64,000 nucleotides of DNA, taken from contig JASGDN010000047.1 of assembly GCA_049841275.1 (NCBI GenBank), forward strand, positions 95,057 to 159,056. Direction: 5' to 3'. Origin of the DNA: Thermomicrobiales bacterium (GTDB lineage Bacteria > Chloroflexota > Chloroflexia > Thermomicrobiales > UBA6265). Every line of letters begins with the position of its first letter. The first letter of the stretch is position 1. The translations under genes and the position numbers were made by a program. Positions 1 to 10,060 of this stretch are shown here, in pieces. The notes below the pieces were generated by a model. The model saw only the letters and a list, made by a program, of their open reading frames with translations. It was not told the origin of the DNA and ran no database searches.

Positions 1-1
1 G

Positions 2-844
2 GTGAAGATGATCGACGATACCGGCGGGTTCTACTACAAGCCGAGTGTCTTCAAGGACAAGGGGCTCGAGCCGGCCAAGACGCTGGACGATGTGCTGAAC
101 ATCGCCAAGACGCTCAACGATGGCCGGGTGAAGGGCATGTTCCTCGGCAATGATGGCGGAATCGGCGCCGCGCTTGGCCTACTGATGTGGTCCGGCGGGG
201 CCGACTATTTCGATGAATCGGGTAAGAAGGTAGCCTTCAATACCGATGGGGTGGCGGCAGGATTTGCGAAGCTCAAGGAGTTGAACGACTCCGGTGCGCT
301 CCTCATCGGATCTCCGACCGACTACTGGGATCCCTCCGCCTTCATTCAGGGCCTTGCCGCCGTCCAGTGGACCGGCATGTGGGCGTTGCCAGCCATCCAG
401 AAGGCGCTCGGTGACGATGTCGACATCTTCCCCTGGCCGGCGACCGATGCCAACGGCAAGGCGTCCACGTTCTGGGGCGGCTGGGGTGAATGCGTCAACG
501 GCAAGACCAAGAATGCCGATGCCGCCAAGGCGCTCGTCAAGTTCCTCTGGATCGACAGCACCGACATCCAGAAGGACTGGGCGCTCTCCTACGGCTTCCA
601 CGTTCCCCCGCGGATGAGTGCTGCCGCATCGGCCGAGCAGTTGAAGACTGGCCCGGCGGCGAAGTTCGTCGAGAACCTGAACAGCTATGGCCGCATCACG
701 CCTCCGCTCTGGGACGGCGCGATGGGGACTGCCTACACGCAGGCGTTGACCAATGTGATCCAGAATGGCGCCGACCCGAAGACGGAACTCGATGCGGCCG
801 CCAAGACCTGCCAAGCCGAACTCGATCGTCTGCTGGGGAGCTAG
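2..844 (+). CDS. Carbohydrate ABC transporter substrate-binding protein (family-1 SBP), N-terminus cut off by window start
   Basis: Frame is open from base 2 to the stop at 842-844. The 280-aa C-terminal part looks like a sugar SBP and is followed directly by two MalF/MalG-type permease genes. Confidence 0.75.
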   Translation: MKMIDDTGGFYYKPSVFKDKGLEPAKTLDDVLNIAKTLNDGRVKGMFLGNDGGIGAALGLLMWSGGADYFDESGKKVAFNTDGVAAGFAKLKELNDSGALLIGSPTDYWDPSAFIQGLAAVQWTGMWALPAIQKALGDDVDIFPWPATDANGKASTFWGGWGECVNGKTKNADAAKALVKFLWIDSTDIQKDWALSYGFHVPPRMSAAASAEQLKTGPAAKFVENLNSYGRITPPLWDGAMGTAYTQALTNVIQNGADPKTELDAAAKTCQAELDRLLGS

Positions 845-963
845 TTCCCGATTTTCGTCACGATCGGTGGCCGTTCCGCGATACCGCCGGTGATGACGTT
901 CGAGCCATTCGGCAAGGTGCGATCCGGAGGAAACCTCCTCCGGATCGCATGGCGGGGTGACGC

Positions 964-1923
964 ATGGCAGCAGTCGATGTGCCGGGAACCATCCGGGAAG
1001 TCTCCGTCCCGTGGTGGAAGCAGACGCGCTGGGAGGCGACGATCGCCTTCTGCGTCTTTGTCGCGCCGATGGTGATCGGCTTGGCCGTGTTCACCTTTCT
1101 GCCGATCGTCTGGGGACTGCTGATCAGCTTCTCCGAGGCGCGCAATACCATCAGCATCGGCAACTGGGTCGGGCTGGATAACTACCGGACTGTGCTCAGC
1201 GATCCGCAATTCCGGCGGGCGCTCCGCACCATTCTCATCTTCGCGATCTTCATCGTCCCGATCACCTTCTTCTTCTCCCTCTTCATTGCGATGCTGGTGA
1301 ATTCGGTCGGATTCGGCAAGGCGTTCTTCCGGAGCGTCTTCTTCATCCCGACCGCGATTTCGTATGTGGTCGCCTCTGTCATCTGGAAGATGGGTATCTT
1401 CTCCGGCGTGCCGTCCGGCTTTGCCAATATGGTCATCTACTGGACGGGCAGCAACCAGGTCATCGCCTGGATCGGCGAGACGAGCCCGCCCTACTACTGG
1501 CTGGTGCTCGTCTCGGTGCGTATCTGGCTCCAGGTCGGCTTCTACATGATTGTCTTCCTCGCAGGATTGCAGGAGATCGACCAGTCGCTCTACGAGGCGG
1601 CCTATGTCGATGGCGGCAAACCGGGTTGGACGACGTTCTGGACGATCACCTTCCCGCTATTGCGCAACACGTCCATCGCCGTATTGCTCCTGAACTTCAT
1701 CGCTGCCTTCCAGGCCTACGATGAGTTCGTCAATATCCTCAGCGCCGCCGGAACAAACGCGAATCTCAGCCTCGCGCGGCCGCCGCTCGTGTATCTGTAT
1801 CAGGTCGCGCTCTCCCAGCAGGACTACGGACGCGGTTCGGCAGGGGCCTTCATCCTCACGGCCATCATCATCGCCATCACCCTCATCCAGGGACGGCTCT
1901 TCGGATTCGGGAGGAAGGCATGA
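964..1923 (+). CDS. Carbohydrate ABC transporter permease (MalF-like, BPD_transp_1)
   Basis: 319-aa ORF with multiple hydrophobic segments and the EAA-loop motif 'LYEAAYVDGGKPGWTTFWTITFPLL'. Its stop overlaps the next start (ATGA at 1920). Confidence 0.85.
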   Translation: MAAVDVPGTIREVSVPWWKQTRWEATIAFCVFVAPMVIGLAVFTFLPIVWGLLISFSEARNTISIGNWVGLDNYRTVLSDPQFRRALRTILIFAIFIVPITFFFSLFIAMLVNSVGFGKAFFRSVFFIPTAISYVVASVIWKMGIFSGVPSGFANMVIYWTGSNQVIAWIGETSPPYYWLVLVSVRIWLQVGFYMIVFLAGLQEIDQSLYEAAYVDGGKPGWTTFWTITFPLLRNTSIAVLLLNFIAAFQAYDEFVNILSAAGTNANLSLARPPLVYLYQVALSQQDYGRGSAGAFILTAIIIAITLIQGRLFGFGRKA

Positions 1924-2816
1924 GCGCACCGACCACGACCAACGACCGGTGGGGACCGCTCCAGCACCCCAAGCCGAACCAGGGGCTTGCCCTCGGGCGG
2001 GTTGTCTCGGTGCTGCGATATATCGTGCTGATCGCGCTGGCCCTGCTCTTCCTGCTGCCGTTCTACATCATGATCCGGAATGCCTTCGCTACCCAGGCGG
2101 AGATCACTTCCTTCGACTGGGTGTGGTGGCCGAAGGAGATGCAGTGGTCCAACCTCACCAACCTGTTCAAGGAGAAGGAAGTCAACATGGGGCTCGGCCT
2201 GCGCAACTCCGCGTTGCTGGCAGGCTGTAATCTGGTGTTCCAGACGCTCTTCGCCTCGATGGCTGGCTACGCCCTTGCCCGCATCCCCTTCCGTGGGTCC
2301 AGCGTCGTCTTCTCGGTGATTCTCCTGACCCTGATGGTCCCCGGAGCGGTGACCTTCGTGCCGTCCTACGTGGTGATCTCCGAGCTTGGCGGTGTGAACA
2401 CCCTCTGGGGCGTGATCGTGCCGGGTCTGTTCAGCGCGTTCGCGACCTTCCTCTTCCGCCAGTTCTACCTGGACTTCCCGAAGGACCTGGAGGAAGCAGG
2501 CCGGCTCGATGGCCTCAGCTACTACGGCGTCTACTTCCGGCTGCTGTTGCCGAACTCGATGGGCATCATGGCGGCGCTGGGCGTGCTGAGCTTCATCAAC
2601 AGCTGGAACGCTTTCCTGTGGCCGTCCATCATCGGCCAGTCATCCGAAACGCGGACGGTGCAGGTGGTGCTCTCGATGTTCCTCACCGCGCAGACGATCA
2701 ACCTCCCGGCGCTCTTCATGGGGGCGGTCGTGGCGGCCGCGCCGCTGGTGGTCGTCTTCATCTTCCTGCAGCGCTTCATCGTCCAGGGCGTCCGGATGTC
2801 GGGCATCAAGGGCTAG
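1920..2816 (+). CDS. Carbohydrate ABC transporter permease (MalG-like)
   Basis: 298-aa ORF translationally coupled to the upstream permease. EAA-loop motif 'LEEAGRLDGLSYYGVYFRLLLP'; multiple TM segments. Confidence 0.9.
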   Translation: MSAPTTTNDRWGPLQHPKPNQGLALGRVVSVLRYIVLIALALLFLLPFYIMIRNAFATQAEITSFDWVWWPKEMQWSNLTNLFKEKEVNMGLGLRNSALLAGCNLVFQTLFASMAGYALARIPFRGSSVVFSVILLTLMVPGAVTFVPSYVVISELGGVNTLWGVIVPGLFSAFATFLFRQFYLDFPKDLEEAGRLDGLSYYGVYFRLLLPNSMGIMAALGVLSFINSWNAFLWPSIIGQSSETRTVQVVLSMFLTAQTINLPALFMGAVVAAAPLVVVFIFLQRFIVQGVRMSGIKG

Positions 2817-3067
2817 GTGGAGGAATGAGAAGAAACGAGGTGGGAGAAAAGAGCAACGGGGGTTTCGGGGAACTCGGTCGCTCGTAGAGCACCCATTGTG
2901 GGGCGCTGTGCCTGATTGCACGTTGGGATGTTCTGCGATACAAGGCTCTTTGCACAGGATCATCGACAGGAAGCCCGCAATGGCGACGCGAGATCAGCAA
3001 CGCCTCTGCGTGGACTCTCGATACTCACGTCTCTCGCCTCGTTTCTCGCAAAAGGAGCGCTCCCACC

Positions 3068-4000
3068 ATGATCCCTGCCGACCTCAAGGGCATCATCCCG
3101 CCGGTTTCCACACCGCTGACCGCCGAGGGTGAGGTCTCCGTTCCCGACCTCGAACGCCTGCTGGACTTCCACCTTGCTTCCGGCGTCCACGGCCTCTTCA
3201 TGCTCGGGTCCACCAGCGAGTCGATCGGGCTGACCGACGCTCAGCAGGAGACGGTCGTCGCGACCGCCGTCCGCAAGGCGAAGGGGAAGGTGCCTGTCCT
3301 CGCCGGCGCGATCGACTTCACCACCAACCGCGTGATCGACCGCGCGAGGCGGCACGAGGCGCTTGGCATTGATGGGCATGTGGTCCTCGCGCCGTTCTAT
3401 ATCAAGCCGTCGGCCGCTGAGATCGTCCGCCACTTCTCGCTGGTCGCCGATGCGGTCTCCGTCCCGGTGATGGCCTACGACATTCCCGGCGCGGTTCAGA
3501 CCAAGATCGACCGCGGCACCCTGCGTACGCTGGCGAAGGCCGGGGCGATCGTCGGCGTGAAGGACAGCAGCGGGCAGGAGGCGAACTTCCGGGGCGTCCT
3601 GCTCGACAATGCCGACCTGCCTGATTTTCGCGTCTTCACTGGTTCCGAGCTGATGGCCGATATCGCTCTGGTGCTCGGTGCCGCCGGGGTCGTTCCCGGC
3701 CTCGGGAATGTCGATCCGGCCGGCTACGTTCGCCTCTACGATGCCTTCGTCGCGGGCGATGCGGCGGCCGTCCGGGCGGAACAGGACCGGCTCTACCGGC
3801 TCTTCTCGATCGCCTCGGTGGCGCAACGCCCGGAAATCGGCTGGTCGGCGGCGGCATGGGGCAGCTTCAAGGCCGCGTTGAAGCTGCGGCACGTCATCAC
3901 CAATGCCGATCCCACCGCGCCGATGTCTCCCCTCACCGGGGAGGAGACTGCTCGCATCGCGGCCATCCTGGAGGAGGTCGGCCTTGGAGCGTCCTCCTGA
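3068..4000 (+). CDS. Dihydrodipicolinate synthase / N-acetylneuraminate lyase family (class I aldolase)
   Basis: N-terminus 'GIIPPVSTPLTAEGEVSVPDLERLLDFHLASGVHGLFMLGSTSE' and Schiff-base lysine context 'IVGVKDSSG' are typical of the DHDPS/NAL family. SD AAAGGAG lies upstream of ATG 3068. Confidence 0.85.
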   Translation: MIPADLKGIIPPVSTPLTAEGEVSVPDLERLLDFHLASGVHGLFMLGSTSESIGLTDAQQETVVATAVRKAKGKVPVLAGAIDFTTNRVIDRARRHEALGIDGHVVLAPFYIKPSAAEIVRHFSLVADAVSVPVMAYDIPGAVQTKIDRGTLRTLAKAGAIVGVKDSSGQEANFRGVLLDNADLPDFRVFTGSELMADIALVLGAAGVVPGLGNVDPAGYVRLYDAFVAGDAAAVRAEQDRLYRLFSIASVAQRPEIGWSAAAWGSFKAALKLRHVITNADPTAPMSPLTGEETARIAAILEEVGLGASS

Positions 4001-4156
4001 AGGCTTCTATTCGACCGTTGACTACCCGAATCGCGCGGATGCGAATCGCTCGCATAGGGCGCGGTTTGTGCGACCATCCAGGGAACGATCCGCACTGGAT
4101 ACCCTGTGGACACGCCACGCAGGATATCTCCTGTATCGTATGGAGGATCTGGTTTC

Positions 4157-4621
4157 ATGCAATTGAGTGGTGACTACACGCTGTCCGCCTCACCGGAGGC
4201 CGTCTACCGGGCGATGCTTGATCCGGAGGTCCTGAAGGCCTGCCTACCTGGCTGCGAGAGCCTGACCGAGGTCGGCCCGGATGAATACGACGCGGTGATG
4301 ACGATCGGCATCGGCATGATCAAGGGCCGCTACGGCGGGCACGTCAAGATCAGCGACAAGCAGGAGCCGAGCAGCTTCACCATGCTGGTGGAAGGCAAGG
4401 GGCCGCAGGGCCAGATCGGAGGCGAGGGCAAGATCACGCTCGCCCCGACCGACGACGGTGGCACGCACCTGACCTGGGTTGGCGGTGCCAATGTCCGCGG
4501 CGTGCTTGCCCGCATCGGCGGGCGCGTCATCCAGCCGGCGGCGAAGACCATCGTCAACAAGTTCTTCGGCGAGCTGAACGACCGCTTCGCCGCCGAGGCC
4601 GCCGGCACTGCGGCCGTTTGA
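4157..4621 (+). CDS. coxG: CoxG-like SRPBCC protein (carbon monoxide dehydrogenase subunit G family)
   Basis: ATG 4157 is preceded by GGAGGA (4142-4147). '[34 protein letters not shown]' is a typical CoxG N-terminus. Sits upstream of the coxS/coxM-like genes. Confidence 0.75.
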   Translation: MQLSGDYTLSASPEAVYRAMLDPEVLKACLPGCESLTEVGPDEYDAVMTIGIGMIKGRYGGHVKISDKQEPSSFTMLVEGKGPQGQIGGEGKITLAPTDDGGTHLTWVGGANVRGVLARIGGRVIQPAAKTIVNKFFGELNDRFAAEAAGTAAV

Positions 4622-4781
4622 CGTGTGCTACCGGTGGCGCGCACGTGATGCGTGGCCGTGTCATAACGCCGGTCGCGTGTCGCGCGGTGCATCGTTCGCG
4701 GGGGCTGGCCCTATGCCGGTCCGCCGCGAGGGTGGCCGTACTCCCACACTGTCTCCCGATCCGACGGAAGGACCCATCCCG

Positions 4782-5303
4782 ATGACCGATACAACAATTC
4801 CCAAGGTGGATGTATCCACGACCGTCAATGGCCAGCGCCGAACGGCTTCGGTCGAGCCACGTACCTTGCTCGTCCACATGCTTCGCGAGCAGTTGAACCT
4901 CACCGGCACGCATACCGGTTGTGAGACCGGGCAGTGCGGCGCCTGCACCGTGCTGCTGGACGGCGAGGCGGTGAAGAGCTGCATGGTGCTGGCCGTGCAG
5001 GCGGAAGGTCATGAGGTCACGACGATCGAGGGCGTGGCCCCGCGCGGAACGCTCCATCCAATCCAGCAGGCGTTCTGGGAAGAGCATGGCCTGCAATGTG
5101 GCTACTGCACGCCGGGGATGATCCTGTCGTCGCTGTCGCTGCTGAAGGACAATCCGGAGCCGACCGAGGCCGAGATCCGGCATGCGCTGGAAGGTAACAT
5201 CTGCCGCTGCACCGGATACCAGAGCATCGTGAAATCCGTGCTCTCTGCATCCGAGCGTATCAAGCGCGGCGATACGCCCCAGCCGCTTCCCACCGGCGAC
5301 TGA
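4782..5303 (+). CDS. coxS: (2Fe-2S)-binding small subunit of a molybdenum hydroxylase (CoxS type)
   Basis: ATG 4782 follows GGAAGGA. Two Fe-S cysteine clusters are present: '[11 protein letters not shown]' and 'CGYCTPG...CRCTGY'. The longer ORF from 4623 has an implausible Arg/Trp-rich N-terminus. Confidence 0.85.
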   Translation: MTDTTIPKVDVSTTVNGQRRTASVEPRTLLVHMLREQLNLTGTHTGCETGQCGACTVLLDGEAVKSCMVLAVQAEGHEVTTIEGVAPRGTLHPIQQAFWEEHGLQCGYCTPGMILSSLSLLKDNPEPTEAEIRHALEGNICRCTGYQSIVKSVLSASERIKRGDTPQPLPTGD

Positions 5304-5370
5304 GCCGGGCGTTCGGAATTCGCACATCCTCGTTCCTCGTCCGTCTCGCACGCATCCGGAGGTTCCAGCC

Positions 5371-6237
5371 GTGCATCCCTATCCCTTCGCCTACCACCGC
5401 GCCACGTCGGTCGAGGATGCGGTGAGCGCCCTCGCCGAGCACGAGGACGACGGCAAGTTGCTGGCCGGAGGTCAGAGCCTTCTGCCAGTCATGAAGCTGC
5501 GCCTCGCCTCGCCGGGCACGATCATCGACATCACGGGCCTGACCGAGTTGCGTGGCGTCTCCCTCGTTGGTGAGGCGGCTGAGATCGGTGCCCTTACGAC
5601 GCACCACGACATCGAGACCGATGCCACGCTCGCCGAGCATCTCCCGTTGCTCCCGGCGATCGCCCATGTCGTCGGCGATCAGCAAGTCCGGCATCGTGGC
5701 ACCTTCGGGGGCACACTCGCCCACGCCGATGCGGCCGGCGACTATCCGGCCGGCGTCCTTGCGCTCGGTGCGGAGGTCGTCGTGCAGGGGCCGGACGGCG
5801 AGCGGGCGATCCCGATCGACGAGTTCTTCCTCGGGTTCCTCACGACTGCGCTGGCGCCGAACGAGCTCATCACGCGCGTCCGCATTCCGGTCCCACCTGC
5901 CGGAACCGGCTGGAGCTATCAGAAGCTTGCGAACCCGGCCTCGGGCTACGCCATTGTCGGGGTGGCGGTGCTGGTGGCGACGGGCAGCGATGGTGCGGTC
6001 GAGTCGCTGCGCATCGGGATCACCGGGGCGTCGGACATCGCCTATCGTCCGGCCGCAACCGAGGATGCGTTGGTTGGAACGACGCCGAACGCCGATACGA
6101 TCAGGGCCGCTGCGGCGCTCGCGACCGATGGTGTGGACATCCTTGGCGACCAGCACGCGCCGGCTGAGTATCGCGCCCGTGTGACGCAGAACCTCGTGCG
6201 CCGTGCCATCGAGGACGCTCTCTCGAAGGTGGGCTGA
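5371..6237 (+). CDS. coxM: FAD-binding medium subunit of a molybdenum hydroxylase (CoxM type)
   Basis: GTG start. 'LLAGGQSLLPVMKLRLASP' FAD-binding motif and a CO-dehydrogenase-flavoprotein-like C-terminal part. Confidence 0.85.
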   Translation: MHPYPFAYHRATSVEDAVSALAEHEDDGKLLAGGQSLLPVMKLRLASPGTIIDITGLTELRGVSLVGEAAEIGALTTHHDIETDATLAEHLPLLPAIAHVVGDQQVRHRGTFGGTLAHADAAGDYPAGVLALGAEVVVQGPDGERAIPIDEFFLGFLTTALAPNELITRVRIPVPPAGTGWSYQKLANPASGYAIVGVAVLVATGSDGAVESLRIGITGASDIAYRPAATEDALVGTTPNADTIRAAAALATDGVDILGDQHAPAEYRARVTQNLVRRAIEDALSKVG

Positions 6238-6388
6238 TGGGCCTGGCGCTCATGCGCGTACGCAGGCTTCTTGTGTACACGACATCGTGAGTGGACCATA
6301 TCACTTGACGTGGTTTCGCTTTCGAGGAGACGGGGCACGTTGGCCCTTCCTGTGAACGCGACGCGATGCGGAAACAACCGATTGTTCG

Positions 6389-6416
6389 GAAGGCGAACCC
6401 GACGTGGTTCGCCTTC
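6389..6416 (+). terminator. GC-rich hairpin downstream of coxM (terminator-like, no U-tract)
   Basis: 11-bp stem GAAGGCGAACC / GGTTCGCCTTC with a 6-nt loop, in the gap between convergent genes. Confidence 0.35.
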
Positions 6417-6481
6417 GTGTTCGCATGGGCCACATCAACGAGATGGACTATGGCTGTCGGCCCTGTGGAAGGCCGTTTTTC

Positions 6482-6940
6482 TCACTCGTCCACCCGCTCC
6501 TGATGCGCGTGGACGAGCATCGCCGTCGCAAACTCCTTGCGCCGGAAGAAGAGGCGAATCTCCCGCCACAGGTCCGGATCGTTGCGGCCGATCTCCAGCA
6601 GCCGGTCCGAGAAGACGATATCTCCCCGCGCTCGCTGCTCGGTCATGAACTCGGTGGAAAGCAGTTCCGCCATGTAGACCGGGCCGATGTCGGAGAACTT
6701 CTCACGGTAATACTCGCGGAGTTTCGCGATTCCCTCCACGTCCAGCGTCGAGCCATCGTCTGCCGTGAACGCCGTTCGCCAGTCGACCGCCGCCAGCAGC
6801 TCGTCCAGCAGCGTGACTTGCTCGCCCTTGCGGACGCGTTCCAGCAGGGCATCGACCTTCGCGCGGTCGTAGGGCAGTTCGTGCGGAGTTTCGGGCAGCG
6901 CGATGGATGATGGCGATGAGGGAGGTGTGCGGTCGTTCAT
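6482..6940 (-). CDS. Hypothetical protein (152 aa)
   Basis: ATG at 6940 (MNDRTPPSS...). The part of the 259-aa ORF upstream of it is Gly/Arg/Pro-rich and looks non-coding. I recognise no family. Confidence 0.5.
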   Translation of the reverse strand: MNDRTPPSSPSSIALPETPHELPYDRAKVDALLERVRKGEQVTLLDELLAAVDWRTAFTADDGSTLDVEGIAKLREYYREKFSDIGPVYMAELLSTEFMTEQRARGDIVFSDRLLEIGRNDPDLWREIRLFFRRKEFATAMLVHAHQERVDE

Positions 6941-7295
6941 GAGGATTTCTGCGCCTTTTCGGGTCGATCCTTCAGCCGGGCGGTCGATGATGGGGAGGTT
7001 GTAGCATGCCCGCCGGTCCGGCCTCCACCCGCCGTCCGGGTGGGGCTCCGGTGCGCGCCGAAACCGTGGCACGCCCTCGCGCGTATGAGCGAGTGACCGC
7101 GTTCCGGGACCTGCACCCCGGCAGTTCGGTGCGCTACCCGGCCAACCCGCTACAATTCCCCATCCGGCATCGCCCGTGCAGGGCGAGGACCCCAACGATC
7201 CCTCTTGCCGGAATGTCGCCTCGATCGGCCGACGGCTCGCGTTTTCCTCAACATCGGCCACTGACTACGAGCCGCGTCCCGGGAGCATCCCTTTC

Positions 7296-10004
7296 ATGAG
7301 TCATGGTCGCATCAGCCGCGCCAGCCAGCGCCATCCCGATGCCCGTCGTCGGCAGGCCCGCTACGGAAAGACCCGCTACGGGCAGAAGTCCGCGTCGCTG
7401 CCTCCGCATCTGCTGCGAGGCGCCAGTGGCCGCGGGGAGAAGAAACGCTTCTGGGACATTCCGAAGATCCTGATGCTCACCACGGCAGTGGCCGGTGTGC
7501 TGGCGATCGTCTTTGTCGCCATCACGGTCATCACCGGCGTTATCGGCGCCTTCGCCACCGTCAATGCCTACAAGGATGTCAACAAGGATCTCCCGAACGC
7601 CGCCGAGGTGTCCGCGCAGACGTTCCAGACCACACGCATCTACGACCGCAACGGGACGCTGCTCCAGGAAGTCGACAATCCCGATTACGGTTGGCGCACC
7701 TATGTCTCCTACGACAACATCTCCCAGTACCTGATCGATGCCACTGTCGCCGCCGAGGACTCCACGTTCTGGACGAATCAGGGCGTGGAGCCCGTCGCCA
7801 TCATCCGCGGCGGCCTCATCAATCTCTCCGGTGCCGGCAGCTCCGGCGGCTCCACCATCACCCAGCAGCTGGTCCGTGCCATCTATCCGGACCAGATCAG
7901 CGCGCTCGACATCAGCTACACGCGCAAGATCCGCGAGGCGATGGCGGCCTATGCCTTGGCGAAGGAGTATTCGAAGCGGGACATCATGACGATGTACCTG
8001 AACCAGATCTACTATGGCGCGCGCTCCTACGGGATCGAGGCCGCCTCGCAGACCTACTTCAACAAGCACGCCAAGGACCTCACGCTCGCCGAGGCGTCGT
8101 TGCTGGCCGGTCTGCCGCAGGCTCCGTCCTACTACGAGCCGTCCGATCCGGACAAGTTCGAGATCGCCAAGAAGCGCCAGCAATACGTGCTCGACCAGAT
8201 GGTGAAGTATCGCTACATCACCCGCGAGGAGGCTGATGCCGCCTTCGCCGAGCCGCTGCATCCCAGCAACGTCCGCACCGGCGCCATCCAGAACGCCCCG
8301 CATTTCACCGAGTACGTCAAGCAGTACGTCATCGACCACTATGGGGAGGATGCGCTCTACAGCGGGCTCCAGATCACCACCAGCATCGACCTGCCGTTGC
8401 AGGCCGAGGCCGAGCAGATCGTTGCCAATGGCGTCGCCAACATGGCGCAATACGACAAGAACAACGGCGCGATGGTCGTGATGGTCCCGTGGAGCGGCGA
8501 GATCCTGGCGATGGTCGGGTCCGCGGACTTCAACAACGCCATCATCGGCGGGCAGGTGAACTACGCCACCAGTCTCATCCAGCCGGGTTCCTCCATGAAA
8601 CCCATCGTCTACGCCGCTGCCTTCGAGAAGGGATGGAATCCAGGCACGGTCCTCCTCGACGTGCCGACGACGTGGAAGGTCGATGGGCAGCCCGACTACA
8701 AGCCGAACAACTATTCCGGCCTCTCGTATGGCGCTGTGACCGTGCGCACCTCACTGGCGAACTCGCTGAACATCCCGGCGGTGCTTGCCACCGACTACGT
8801 CGGTGTGCAGGGTGTGATGGATACGGCCCGCAAGATGGGCATCGTGGACAGCCTGCAGGAGGATGCGGGCTACTATGGCCTCTCCATCGGTCTCGGTGCC
8901 GGGGAGGTCCAGTTGCTCGAGCACACCAACGCCTACGCCACCCTGGCCAACAACGGCACCTATGTCCCCGCCAGTCCGATTCTCGAGATCAAGGATTCGC
9001 AGGGGAACGTTCTCTACGACCACAATGCGAACCAGGTGCGGAAGGAGGCGAAACAGGCCGTTCCGGCCGGCAACGCCTATCAGGTCACGTCGATCCTCAC
9101 GGACAACGATGCCCGCGCGATGGTCTTCACCAAGGACAACCTCTTCGGCAACACCCAGTCGCAGCTTGGCCGTCCCACGGCCGCGAAGTCCGGCACCACC
9201 GAGGACTGGAAAGACCTCTGGACGATGGGCTACACGACTGATGTTGCGGTCGGTGTCTGGGTCGGCAAGAGCGGCGATAGCGGTCAGGGGCAGATCTACG
9301 AGATCGACGGTATCCAGGCCGCCGGTCCCATCTGGCAACAGATGATGCTGGAGATTCACAACAACCCGGACTTCTCCAAACTCCTGGTCGGGCCGGACGG
9401 GAATCCCGTCGCCAAGGATTTCCCCGTGCCGAATACCGTGAGCAAGCAGGACATCTGCGCGACAACGGGGCAGAAGGCCGGTAGCGGCAAGACATCCCAG
9501 GAGTGGGTCGTCAAGGGTCAGGAGCCGACACGTGCGTGTGGTGAGCTCGACGCCTGGCAAACGAAGCAGCTCGACAACGCGCTCAAGCAGATGCAGAGTG
9601 GCTCCGCGAAATGGGCGTCCGGTGCGCTCAGCAGTCTCAGCGAGTATGCCCGGGCGGTTGGCAAGACCAATGTCCCTGTCGTTGCCAATGACGATGAGGG
9701 TAACGGCGATACGTCGTCGAGCGGGGCGGATGGAACGGGCGAGACTGGGGGCGGGGAAACGACCGGCACCGGCGAGACGAGTGGCGGCGACGTGACGACG
9801 AACGACGATAGCACGACGAACGGCGACAGCACGACGAACGGCGATAGCACGACGAACGGCGACAGCACGACGACGGAGCCGACATCGCCGCCGATCGAGC
9901 CGAATCCCACTCAGCCAGCCAGCACCGACCCGGTGGTGACGGAAGAACCGATCCCGACCACCCAACCGCTTGGGCTCGGTCCGCCCGGTACAGACACGGC
10001 GTAA
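7296..10004 (+). CDS. Class A penicillin-binding protein (bifunctional transglycosylase/transpeptidase, PBP1A type) with low-complexity C-terminal tail
   Basis: N-terminal TM segment. Glycosyltransferase-51 motifs 'EDSTFWTNQGV' and 'GGSTITQQL'. Transpeptidase motifs 'SSMKP' (SxxK), 'SLN' (SxN) and 'KSGTT'. The tail is Thr/Asn/Gly/Asp/Pro-rich. Confidence 0.9.
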   Translation: MSHGRISRASQRHPDARRRQARYGKTRYGQKSASLPPHLLRGASGRGEKKRFWDIPKILMLTTAVAGVLAIVFVAITVITGVIGAFATVNAYKDVNKDLPNAAEVSAQTFQTTRIYDRNGTLLQEVDNPDYGWRTYVSYDNISQYLIDATVAAEDSTFWTNQGVEPVAIIRGGLINLSGAGSSGGSTITQQLVRAIYPDQISALDISYTRKIREAMAAYALAKEYSKRDIMTMYLNQIYYGARSYGIEAASQTYFNKHAKDLTLAEASLLAGLPQAPSYYEPSDPDKFEIAKKRQQYVLDQMVKYRYITREEADAAFAEPLHPSNVRTGAIQNAPHFTEYVKQYVIDHYGEDALYSGLQITTSIDLPLQAEAEQIVANGVANMAQYDKNNGAMVVMVPWSGEILAMVGSADFNNAIIGGQVNYATSLIQPGSSMKPIVYAAAFEKGWNPGTVLLDVPTTWKVDGQPDYKPNNYSGLSYGAVTVRTSLANSLNIPAVLATDYVGVQGVMDTARKMGIVDSLQEDAGYYGLSIGLGAGEVQLLEHTNAYATLANNGTYVPASPILEIKDSQGNVLYDHNANQVRKEAKQAVPAGNAYQVTSILTDNDARAMVFTKDNLFGNTQSQLGRPTAAKSGTTEDWKDLWTMGYTTDVAVGVWVGKSGDSGQGQIYEIDGIQAAGPIWQQMMLEIHNNPDFSKLLVGPDGNPVAKDFPVPNTVSKQDICATTGQKAGSGKTSQEWVVKGQEPTRACGELDAWQTKQLDNALKQMQSGSAKWASGALSSLSEYARAVGKTNVPVVANDDEGNGDTSSSGADGTGETGGGETTGTGETSGGDVTTNDDSTTNGDSTTNGDSTTNGDSTTTEPTSPPIEPNPTQPASTDPVVTEEPIPTTQPLGLGPPGTDTA
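9795..9866 (+). repeat. Tandem 18-bp coding repeat x4 (ACGACGAACGGCGAYAGC = TTNGDS) inside the PBP tail
   Basis: Read directly: units at 9795, 9813, 9831 and 9849. The first unit diverges (TTNDDS). A partial fifth unit follows. Confidence 0.85.
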
Positions 10005-10049
10005 GGACAGAGAGACGGCCTCCCAATGCGGGAGGCCGTCTCTCTGTCC
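10005..10049. terminator. Perfect 20-bp-stem hairpin between convergent PBP and Lrp genes (bidirectional terminator candidate)
   Basis: GGACAGAGAGACGGCCTCCC-aatgc-GGGAGGCCGTCTCTCTGTCC starts 1 nt after the PBP stop and ends 12 nt before the Lrp stop. No U-tract. Confidence 0.65.
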
Positions 10050-10060
10050 GCGAGGCTTGC

